Positions 39,041-50,001 of a stretch of 64,000 bases of DNA are shown here, piece by piece. Source of the DNA: Octopus sinensis (Eukaryota); NCBI RefSeq assembly GCF_006345805.1, contig NW_021833817.1:20311-84310 (forward strand). The letters run 5' to 3'. The position numbers and the translations under genes were made by a program. Under the pieces are notes generated by a model that worked only from the letters and a program-made list of their open reading frames with translations, was not told where the DNA came from and did not search any database. Position 1 is the first letter of the stretch; each line of letters starts with the position of its first letter.

Positions 39041-39769
39041 TGAATTCTGCTTGTTGACCGAATCTATGAAATTGTCTAAATACAATTGTTTCTGCGAACG
39101 CTTTTGCTTTCAGGCAAATGCCGTAAAAACGTTCTGTGATTTTAGTTCCAAGACTCTTGCTTATTTTAATAAACTTTGTGCGCCTATCCTTCGAGAGATC
39201 ATAAAAAATTCAAATTCCTTATTCAGAGGATCTTGCTGTTTTACGTGGGAATTGTCCCACAATTCTGCGAGCCAGTTCTGGTTAGTGTCTCTTTTTTCCT
39301 TTTTGTTAGTTTTTTATAATTGATTACAATCAATGGTTAAAATAATATGATTTATTCAAGGTTAAATTAAGATTTTTTAAGATAAAATTTAAACGGTAAA
39401 AGCTCTAAAAACTGAGACTAAAAGTTAATTTTGGTTTTGTCCAGTTGATTAGACTAAGTTTCTCAATTATTTTATACAATCAAAATTTTAATAAACTGAT
39501 TGTACATTCGAAATCTCAGACGTTAGGCCCGTCCCTTACATAAAACATTTTGCAATGATCTTACTTTCATTCTCCAACGGATTCTCATGTTCATAAAATA
39601 ACCTTACTTTTCTTTTTGAAGTTTTTTACAACTAAATTTCACATAATTACCAAGTAAAGTCAGTCAGAGTTCCTAAAGATAAGTGCCTGATCTGAAATAA
39701 TCCACGGCCGTCAAAAACAGAAAAAAATAACTAGTTTCTAACAAAAGTTACATCAAAAAATAAATCATT

Positions 39770-39960
39770 TATTTACAATACATGTAGTGTTTTTCTTTAT
39801 GTAGGCCCAGGGCTTTGAAGAGGCCATTCAAGTGTTTTATTATTTTTTCGCGTATCCATTCGCAAACAATCGTGGCTGTATGCTTTAAATCGTTGTCTTG
39901 CATTAGGATGAAATTGTCTAATCCGATTCCCGAAGCAGATTGAAATAGACAAAAGTTGTT
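39770..39960 (-). mobile_element. Tc1-like transposase remnant
   Basis: FILMQDNDLKHTA (QDNDPKH motif). Confidence 0.55.
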
Positions 39961-40037
39961 TATAATAAGCAGGATTAATTTTCTCACCGATAAAGACGAT
40001 TCTACCGACGCCTTTGGACGAAATACAGCCTCATAAC

Positions 40038-43000
40038 TAGGGCAATTTTTTTTTTAATCTAAAAACTTCGATTTTTTAACCTAAAAATTTTAACTTTTTA
40101 ACCTAAAAATAACCAAATTTTAACCTATAAAACAAAAATTTTAACCTAACAAATTTTAACTTAAGAATCATTTATTATACAAACATATAACATAATTCTC
40201 TATATTTTCAATATTAAAATTTCTGTTATCCCTCATAAAGTTTTTAATTTGAGAGAAGCATCGTTCTATGGAAGAGGATGAAGGCTGACACTTTAAAAGC
40301 ATACAATATTCTTCAGGAGAAATTGATGAATTTGTCATTCTTATAATTTGACATAAATCATTTTTTTGTAATCGTTCATTCAAATTTTTTCAATTATATC
40401 TGATTCGTCGTCAAATTTTAAATTCTTTAGCTCATTGTAAGCTAACTCTATTGAGGAGTGAGAACTTTCAAATTTGCACAATAATTCTGCTATTATTAAA
40501 CTAGTTTTACCTGGAATTGTCGAATAATTTCTAACAATAGAACTTAAGCTTTTTACTAGAGATTCATCTCTTAGGCTATTTTTTGCAGCCTGAACAATGA
40601 TCCCATCATCAGGAATTGTTTTGAAAATGTTTATCACATGTATTAAATTTTTTGCATAATAAAATGCAGCAGTTAGCCAAGTACCCCATCTAGTTAAAAC
40701 TACATGAGGTGGAATTCCAATTTCATTAAATAGTCGTTTTCTCTTGTTATTTTTTGTTATTGCCGCTTGAATTGATGCAATAAGAGAATCAATTTCAGGA
40801 TAAATAGTCCTGATTTTCATTGAACAATTATGCATCAGATGAGCAACACAAGTTACGTGAAATAACCTTGGATATAAAAGCTTAAAAACTTTTCCAGCTA
40901 TAATTATATGTTAAATTAAAACCTGCTAGCATATATTTAGCGGAATCTGTTATTAGGAGAAGGAAATTTTGTCTTTCAATTAAAACGCATTTAATCGTAT
41001 CGTCAACAATTTGAATAATTTTTTTTTTTTTTTTTTAAACAGACAGACACAACAAAGAATTTAAAGCAATTGGGTGGCTAAGGGAATTGTCGAGAGCCTG
41101 AGGGTCAGCTCAACGATGCCGCGCTGCGTATTGAGTGGCAGTTTCCGCGGAGCACAGCAACCGAGATTCGCTGGAACAGCCAGCTCGTCTCCCTCCGGTC
41201 GTTTGTTTTTGTGGAGATTTTTCTACCAATGGCGGTGAGGAGTTGAGTCGCAGCCTTTCCGACGATTCCAGAGGTTTCGAAGGCGAGGGGGGCAAACTCA
41301 AAAGCGTCCGAAATACACCGGTATTTCGTCCTCTTTGTCTCTTCAGCCAGCGCACTGGCGGAACCCGGGTTTGCGACAGTCCTGGGAAGCAATGTCGCCG
41401 AAAAAGAGTCGACACACGTGGCATCCCAAACCAGGGACTTGCCTTCCCTAAAAGGAAAGGTCGTCATCCCGTCGGGACGCTTGCCGTCGCTCCGGGAAAG
41501 GCCGACTGGCTCTAGGGTGGAAGGGAAACCAGCCGACTCTAGAGCCCTCCTCACAACGTCATTCAGATGAGTGTGACGGGGAATTCTCCCGGCACTCTTC
41601 TTACACGACAAGGCGTGCAAGCCGTTTGACGAAATTGAGGACCCGCACCGGCAAGGGTGGGGCTGGCAGATGTCCAAACCCAATCGTAAGCTGATCCCAA
41701 TCCGCAAGGATTCGTCGTCCAGTAGTAACCCCGTACTAGGAGTGGGGAGAGCTTTGAGCCAGTCACCCGTGTGCGGCTGACAGGCGCAGTTAAGGGTGGC
41801 CAGCTGGAGTTGGTCCGACTTGGAGCGAAGTTTTCGTAATGTGTTCGAGCAGAGAATTTCGTCCCAGCCCCTTTGAACTGAAGGGATCGTGGGAAAATCA
41901 AGGTCGAGTGAGCACCACGTACGGCATGCAGATGAGAATTCCGAGAGCTCATTAAGTTCGAGAGAGGGAAGTAGAACTGAGCAAACGGAATTCCTGGAAG
42001 CCGACATGGATGAGAGATAGCAGGGTAGGGCCAGGTCCGCACAAGAGCGGATCCCGATCCCCCCGAAGCGAGTTGGTAAACTGGCACGGGTAAAACCGCC
42101 ACCAGTGAACCTCAAATTGAGGTGGAATGTTAGCGATTGGTGGACAAGATTATCGATTCTGGATAATGAGTCTGTGGCAGCGAAACACGGGGAGGAACGG
42201 AGAATATAGGTCAGTCTGGGGACGAAAAGAAAGTTCTTCAACAAGAAAAACGCAAGATGCGAGCCAAGCCCACGGATCCGATCAGTGAGTAGTTTAATTT
42301 CGTCCCATTTAGACGATAAGGCATTTTCTATGCCTTCAGCGGAAATTGGAGAGCCCAAGATAACTAGATCGCTGGTGGGCGTTAGCCTTAACCCAACGAT
42401 CAGGCTGCTGAGAGAGGAGAATGTGTTGCGGAGAGCGGCGGGGGCAAGAGAAATGTTTACGAGTTCGCATTTTTCGCCGTTAAGAGATAGTCCGATCTTG
42501 GAGAAACCGGAAGTGATTCTCTTAACGTCTTCCATAACGACCTCTGTAGGTCCACCGATCGTCACGTCGTCCAGGTACCAGAAGTTAACAGTGGAAGAAA
42601 GGTTCCGTGCAATGTGGTCAACGGAGAGGGCAAACAGCAATGGGCCCAGTGGGTCACCCTGCTGAATGCCGCATTCTGACATGATGATCTGATCATGGAT
42701 CAGAAGGCAGCTTGGGGCAGAGTATGCCAGCTTTACAATTGGGAAGAGAACGGGGCAACGTGCCGAGACCACTTCGAGCAGATGGTCCCGGCGGACGCAG
42801 TTGAATGCGTTGCTGACGTCCAGCTTCACGATGAACTTGCAGTCTTCTGGCTTTGACTGGACAAGTTGGCGAGTGCCGTGCGCGAGAATTTCGCAGCCAC
42901 CTTGGACGCCGACACCGTACTGGAAAGGGAGAAACTCCAGACTCAGGGGGGGAACCACCCTGCGGGACATTATCTTGGCCGAGAGTCTCCTAAGTAACTA

Positions 43001-43086
43001 TTTCATTTAAAAAATACTTTATTTTTACTTTTAAGCCAAAATACACATTTTCATATATTTTAACTTTTTTAACTTAAATTGCCCTA
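40038..43086 (-). mobile_element. hAT (CGGBP1-like) element, internally deleted, interrupted by a CRE insertion
   Basis: TAGGGCAA at 40038 and TTGCCCTA ending 43086; 8-bp TSD CTCATAAC on both sides; TRWGTWL and SSIERCFS motifs at 40168-40835. Confidence 0.82.
41017..42990 (-). mobile_element. CRE-like non-LTR retrotransposon, 5'-truncated, uninterrupted RT-ZnF-RLE ORF (621 aa)
   Basis: QYGVG, KLDVSNAFN, GIQQGDPLGPLLF, WYLDD, CRCG..H..C, RHTHLND, KRPDG, WDAT, FETSG; poly(A) at about 41017-41036. Confidence 0.92.
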
Positions 43087-43779
43087 CTCATAACATTATG
43101 ACCCACCACCGAGTTTCACAGTAGGGAGAATTTTATTTGAATTATAACGTTCTCCATATAAATGTCGTCACTCTGATATAAGTTAAATTTGCACTCATCG
43201 GGAATTTAAAAATTGTGTAGGCTTAATGTTCTCAAGAATCTATTTTCTGTTCGAAAAGCGCTGTTAGAAGTTTATCCACAGCTCATTGAGATTGTTAAGT
43301 ACTTCCAAGAAAAGCCTTAGATTAGTTCAGACCCTATTGATTTCATAGGATATCGTTTTGGTTCGATTTCTATTTTTCCTGTCTTTAAAAAATCATCAAG
43401 GAGGATAGAACCAGCCGTCATGGCTTATGGAAAAGCAGGAATACACTTTCTTTTTAAACCAAACCTCACAGTTACAAAATTTCCAAAAGGGCCAGTTGCT
43501 ACTATGGCTTCAGCTCTTTTTGAGCCGATAGGTCTTATTTATGCGCCCAAACTGACTTGAAAATGGTATAATACAGTAAATATTCTGTTAGTTGTCAATG
43601 TTGAGGATTTTACAAATTTGGCCAATAAGAGAATAAAAAATTTGTTCAAGTTTTTTTAACAAATTAATCAAGAATATTTATGGCTGTTTTTTTATTCGAA
43701 TCTGAACTTTTTAAAACTCTTTCATAAATATGAAATCATTGTCTAACATTTCTTTAGTTTTTATGTATGATTCTCAAAA

Positions 43780-44100
43780 AAATCACACCAAACACATTCA
43801 TAGTATAATTAGAATATGTATTTCAACAGATATTGCAGTTTAAAAATCTTTTTGAGGTATAATTTCTTCTGTTACTATACCGTCACAGAAAATTTGATTT
43901 AAAGCAATTCTGAATTGTGCTAATTGCCACATCTTCCGGCGCTAAATCACAATGAACAATTCCATCAGGCACAGTATTTTTATATAATTCAAAGACATCT
44001 GCTCTGTTTTTAACCATGTTGCTGATTTTTTTAGCTTGTATTTTGCAAAATGTGTTCTGAAGGATATTAGAATTTCCAAATCCATAGTGTGAAAAATAAT
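43780..44100 (-). mobile_element. pogo/Tigger-like remnant
   Basis: MDLEILISFRTHF matches MDLGIINTFKTHF (1665-1976); EDVAISTIQNCF resembles the pogo C-terminus. Confidence 0.55.
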
Positions 44101-44259
44101 TGTAGCATTTTTAAAACAATAAAAATAAATTTAAAAAATCAGCAAAAACAGAATCGAGCCAATAATAGAAAATTTGTATGTAAATCAACAAAATGTTCGG
44201 AAAATAAAGGAATGACAAATAACAGATTTAGCAAATAAAAAAATATTTACTAATAAATA

Positions 44260-44760
44260 TATTTATAAGATTCGTTATCAATTAATATCGATTAATCGAA
44301 GGGAAGGTCAGCAGCCTGGCGAATTGCCAAACTGTTTCCCCGGATAACGGCGATCGAGAACCGTTGCAATAGCCAGTCCACCTCACGAGGATCGTGAGTG
44401 CGCATTGAGATTTTGGCTCCGAGCTTGCGGAGGAACTTTTCAGTCTTTGGACCGAGAGCACCCGACGTCCCGTCGCTATCGTCACCACGGAAAACTCCTC
44501 CGAAAGAACAGAATATTTTGATAGCTTTAAATCTTCAGCCTTCTTAGCAGCAGATTTAGACTCGAAGTTAGATGTGAAGCAGAAAAAGTATCCCAGTAGG
44601 TTGCATCCCATACGAGGCCTTTTCTGCCCTCAAAAGGGGAAAGAATCATCCCGTCAAGACGTTTCCTGTCACCGCGGCCAAGACCCGGTGGTTCGAAAAC
44701 CGAAGGAAATCCTGCCGAGTCGAGGACCCTCCGTATGATGTCGTTCATATCAGAGTGCAT
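44260..44760 (-). mobile_element. CRE-like RLE fragment
   Basis: HSDMNDIIRRVLDSAGFP..RKRLDG..LVWDAT; frameshifted. Confidence 0.8.
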
Positions 44761-45477
44761 AGCAAAGAATATTTACTATATTTTGTTCAACAGTTCAAAG
44801 GTCATGACACTAAAAATAAAAACGCAACTCAAATTCTTTAAAACATGCATCAAAGCTGTTATTAATGAAAAACAGTTAGTAAATCGGATCAGGCGGACAT
44901 TCAAACCTAACATTCGATTGATTAAACAAATCAATTAACAATTTTTCTAACTGTATATTCTCTTGAATTGATAAGTACTCAAAAAAATTTTTAAAAATAA
45001 AAAAATCACCAAGTTGCACGATGATCATATTCCAACGTCCATAACATACTTTTCAGCCTGTATACTTCTTGCATTGATCTTTTGAAGAATAGTGTTCAGT
45101 TTGTTATCTAATTAAAGCATTCTTTTGAAAATGACGACGATATGCTCATTTAATTCACATCCAATGTGCACTTGGATAATTACCATCTCATTGGCAACTG
45201 CATGTCTTAATCAAACTGCTTACGAAATTAAGCTTTTGAGGACTTAAAGGCCTCATTCAGATATGGTTAGCCACACTTTTTGGATGAGCGTAGCCTATTG
45301 ATTTGCAACCAGAAGATCGAAAACATTTTTTTGGGAATAAGTAATGTGTGTAAGGCCACTACTGGCCCTTAATTTCTTTTATGTCCGATATCCCTTTGCA
45401 AAATAAACCCTTATCTATCTATCTACCTTATGATTAATTGTTAATTTTTCTAAAAATGAAAAATCATTAATCAATTA

Positions 45478-47080
45478 TGTCGCGAGCGCGACGCGCACGC
45501 GAGCGCGAGCCGCACATATCGACTTTTTTAAAAGCTATTAAATGGAACAAAAAATATCAAATAACGTTAGTACCATTGAGATAATATTCCAATATATATA
45601 ATATATAAAATCTATCTAATATAATTTATACGGCGTACCAGAATCATACAACATTTTTAATACCGTTGCACGCTTAGTTTCGTTTTGTTGTAACAATGTC
45701 ACAATCGAACCAAAGATGCTTTATTCAAGATCAATTTGAATATCAGGAATTAAAGAAAGTCCTGTCTGGGGAGATTCCACAGACAGATGACAGATTCCGG
45801 AGACGAAGGCTTATTAAGAAAGCCGAATCTTTTGTGTTTATTCAGGGACACCTTTATCTGAAAGATGGAACATTAACAAATTAGTGATTTCGTTGGACGA
45901 TACTAAACAAATGAGAATGCTTGCCGAACAGTTACATAAAATCAATCATTGTGGGCATAACGCATTGGAGAACCTATGCAAAGAACGATTTTTCATAATC
46001 AAAAGAGATATCATTCGTGAAGTTGTTTCGAACTGTGACGTTTGCCGCTTTTCCACACCCCTTAAACAATCGGATTCTGAATTTCATGTTATTGCAGACA
46101 GACCCAACAGAAGATTTCAAATGGACTTAATAGATCTTAAAAGGCATTCATTTTAATGAAGTTATTTAATAGATTTAAGAATAATAATGACTCATATACG
46201 TGGCTATTAACAGTCATTGATGTATATAGCAAATATGCTATTACACGCAATTTAAAAAACAAATCAGGTGTAGAAGTAGCGAAAAATCTTGAAGAAATTT
46301 TTATGGACTACGGACCTTGTGAATTTTTTCAGTCCGACAATGGAAAGGAATTTAAAAATTCCCACATTTCGAATCTTTTTGCGGAATATAACGTTAAACA
46401 AATCCATGGACGACCTAATCACCCTAAAAGTCAGGGGATTATAGGTTTAGTCAGACGATTTCGAGATTTTTAGAACGGTTTAATCAGACAATTTCGAGAT
46501 CTTTGTCAAAAATGATGTTTGAAGACCAGAACAAAACTTGCATTAAGCATATCAGGAAAGCGGTTTATGTGTATAATCTGACAAAACATTCTTCGACAGG
46601 TGCTATAAATAAAAACTATAATATAGATGTGCGATATCATGGAATATTTGGTTTTAATCCGGTTGTCCATGATGCTCAAGTTGATGACAACGAAGACGAT
46701 AGTTTGATTCAAGATAGAAAATATTTTTAGATGTTGTAACTACTAATGAAGAGCCAGAAAAATCATTCGATTTTAATTTTGTTCCGGTTAATTTGGACTC
46801 GCGTTATTTCAAACGAATGAACAAAAGAATGGGTGTTCATCGTTCTAAGTACGATTTGAAAGCAGGAGATACTGTATACGTTATTTTTTGTTATTTCAAA
46901 GGCAAGAATTCAAAAAGATTATGGGACAAATCCATCTCTCAGATTAGAAAAATTTGAGAGCCCATATTCTTCACCTGTAAAAATCATTGAAAAGTTATCT
47001 AATAATTTTGTCATGATATGCACCAGGGAAGGAATGCATAAAAAGATACACTCAAAAAGACTTAAAAAGATTATATGATT
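45478..47080 (+). mobile_element. Ginger/KRBA2-like integrase DNA transposon, subfamily A, with small introns, frameshifted
   Basis: HHCC-type finger (H..NH..CDVC), FQMDLIDL, TVIDVYSKY, QSDNGKEF, SQGIIERFNQT after splicing; no RT, gag or LTR seen. Confidence 0.85.
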
Positions 47081-47465
47081 TTTTTGTTGGCTAAAAATTT
47101 TTGTGTATTTAAAAAAATAAAAACATGTCTAATTATTTTTTGTCTAACTATTCGGTGATTAGATAAACTATTGGATTTATAAGACGTCAGCCATATACTC
47201 ATACATGTCAAGCTATTTTAACGATTTTCCGAAATTTTCTATCATTTAAAATATTTATCAAATTATCAGAATTTCCATTAAATTTATTTGGCAGTGTATT
47301 TTTTTTAATTTATAAAATTTAAAGAAAAGTTCGACAAAATGTTTATATTTTTACCAGAGTTAATTTTTTCTTTAGTAAAACAATATGTACCCATTCCAAA
47401 ATAAGAAAAACATCTCCAGACTATAATTTTCCCACCACATTTAACAGTTGGGACAGGTGGGGAGT

Positions 47466-48100
47466 ACATCATGTAATGTTTCCATCTTTCAGATAAAGGT
47501 GTCCCTGAATAAACACAAAAGATTCGGCTTTCTTAATAAGCCTTCGTCTCCGGAATCTGTCATCTGTCTGTGGAATCTCCCCAGACAGGACTTTCTTTAA
47601 TTCCTGATATTCAAATTGATCTTGAATAAAGCATCTTTGGTTCGATTGTGACATTGTTACAACAAAACGAAACTAAGCGTGCAACGGTATTAAAATATCT
47701 GAAAGATGGAAACATTAACAAATTAGTGATTTCGTTGGACGATACTAAACAAATGAGAATGCTTGCCGAACAGTTACATAAAATCAATCATTGTGGGCAT
47801 AACGCATTGGAGAACCTATGCAAAGAACGATTTTTCATAATCAAAAGAGATATCATTCGTGAAGTTGTTTCGAACTGTGACGTTTGCCGCTTTTCCACAC
47901 CCCTTAAACAATCGGATTCTGAATTTCATGTTATTGCAGACAGACCCAACAGAAGATTTCAAATGGACTTAATAGATCTTAAAAGGCATTCATTTTAATG
48001 AAGTTATTTAATAGATTTAAGAATAATAATGACTCATATACGTGGCTATTAACAGTCATTGATGTATATAGCAAATATGCTATTACACGCAATTTAAAAA
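47466..48100. repeat. Partial duplicate of Ginger A with its 5' part inverted
   Basis: About 47473-47697 is the reverse complement of about 45655-45878; about 47696-48100 matches about 45857-46258 in the forward sense. Confidence 0.9.
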
Positions 48101-48104
48101 AGGG

Positions 48105-48433
48105 GAGTAGAACCTCTCTGACAAGCTTCAGGAAATTGAAGAGAAATATGCGTGTGGCGCCAGATCTTTAGGCGAGCGAAGACCGATCCCTCCGAAACTG
48201 ACGGGAAGTTTTGCTTGAGTCCAACCGATTTCGTCAAAGGAAATGTTCAAAACTGCTTCCGTGCAGAATTTCAATGATTTTTCCAGGGAAGACAGAATGT
48301 CTGGATGCGAGTAGCATGGCAGGCAGCGGAGCGTGTACAGAGGTTTGGGCATATGTATACTGCTTTTCATGAGGAAGAAAGCAATGTGCGAGTCTAACTT
48401 CAAGAGACTGCTTGTGAGGTTATAGAATTCCAT
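48105..48433 (-). mobile_element. CRE-like fragment (post-RT region)
   Basis: PKPLYTLRCLPC..QAKLPVSFGGIGLRSPKDLA. Confidence 0.75.
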
Positions 48434-49029
48434 GTCCTTCTTCGCCAGATGGGCCTTTAGGCCAGATGGGCTTAAAGGGCATCCGAGAAAGTTTAAATAA
48501 TATCAAAATGCTTTTTTTCAATTTTGTGATTCAATTATACCATTTTTTTTCTAGAGAAAAAAAATTATGACTTTCAAAAAAAAATTATACCATTTTCAAG
48601 TCAATTTGAAAATTACTAACTTTAAATTACAACCACAAAAATCAATTTTTCAAGTACAAACTTATAAACTTACAAACGGGGAAGTCCTCTAACTAACTTT
48701 AGTTTCATTTTGATTTTTTTTTGGTTAAAAAAAAAGTTGAATTAAAAAAAAAAGTTGAACTTATAATTTGTAATTAAGAAAGTCAATGTTGCATTAAAAA
48801 AATTTTCGTCAAAATACATCAAAAATTGCCTGATGATTGTAAAAACAAGATATCGCCAATATAGTAATGAAACAAAAAAATAATAATTGAAACACTGCAC
48901 GTTTTGGAGATTGAAAGTCTCTATGTTCTTCTTTTGGAGTGAATTTGAGAACAGCTTATAATTGGATTGAAAATAAAGATAATGAAAGACATCCAAAAGG
49001 AGGTAAGAAACATTCAAAAAAGTCAAATA

Positions 49030-49230
49030 ATTATAAATGAATTAATCAGTTGCATTGGAGCTGATCCTTAGATCACTTTGAAAGAAAGTGCGGAAAAATT
49101 AAGAAATAATTATTCAATATCTGTGTCTTTTACAACGGTACAAAATTGGCTTGATAGGGAAATAGAGAAAAGATGTCAATAATTCTCAACTATAACAAAA
49201 CTCCGGATAATTCTTCAATTTCTAAATATG
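49030..49230 (+). mobile_element. IS630/Tc1-like HTH remnant
   Basis: P*ITLKESAEKLRNNYSISVSFTTVQNWL resembles the IS630 HTH. Confidence 0.35.
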
Positions 49231-50001
49231 AATGAATGAATTTTTTATTAAAACGGAAAAGCCGAAAAAAAAGAGAGAAAGTTAATGAGACAACGTATGC
49301 CTCTTCTCCGTTGTTTCCCTCTTTTTTTATTTTTAATTAGAGATTCGAGAGGAAAAGGCTCTCTCAAGAACAATTCCAACCGTTTCCGTAATATCAAAAT
49401 GCCTTTTTCAATTTGGAGAATTTCTAAATATAGGCTAAGAATATTGGAAAAAATTGAAGTAGCCTCAAAAAAGGTTTTAACGCCGCAAAAATTGATGGGA
49501 TTTGTTAACCGGGTTAACTCGATTGATATTTTGCTAATATAGCTTTCCCTCAATAAAAATAAAATTTGCAGCTTTCTTTTTTAGTCAGAACTTTCTAACT
49601 TTCAAAATATCCCCGGTTTTCCATTCAAAGATAAATTTCAATAAGTTGTACTTTGCATTATTTGTACCCGGGGATGGGGCATTAGGGTAACGTAATTATT
49701 TTAACGTGGATAATTATTTATGGCGACTTATGACGGATTTCAGTGTTTTGACACCTGCCATTGTTTTACATTAAAATACTTTTCTTTGTCTATAATAGAA
49801 GTTATTCAATTTTTAGTTTGTTTTAGTAAGCTATGTTTGTTTAGCATCGATAAAAGTCAAGAGTTTTTTTTTCAAAAGTAACGCTCGATGTCGAATTTAA
49901 ATAAATTAAGTTATTTTAATATAATATTTCAAATTAATTAACAATAGATCTTTTGCTGCTTATTTGCTTTTGTGGTGCTGCGATTTTTATTGTTAAATAA
50001 C

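Noticed and set aside
41110-43010. Overlapping and antisense ORFs on the CRE element
   Set aside because: Shadow ORFs of a GC-rich coding strand, no recognisable motifs.
43900-43990. Kinase catalytic loop (GIVHCDLAPED)
   Set aside because: No other kinase motifs; upstream and downstream sequence fits a pogo transposase C-terminus.
47466-48100. Twin-priming retrocopy of the Ginger mRNA
   Set aside because: The intron is retained and no TSD or true poly(A) is evident; DNA-level rearrangement fits better.
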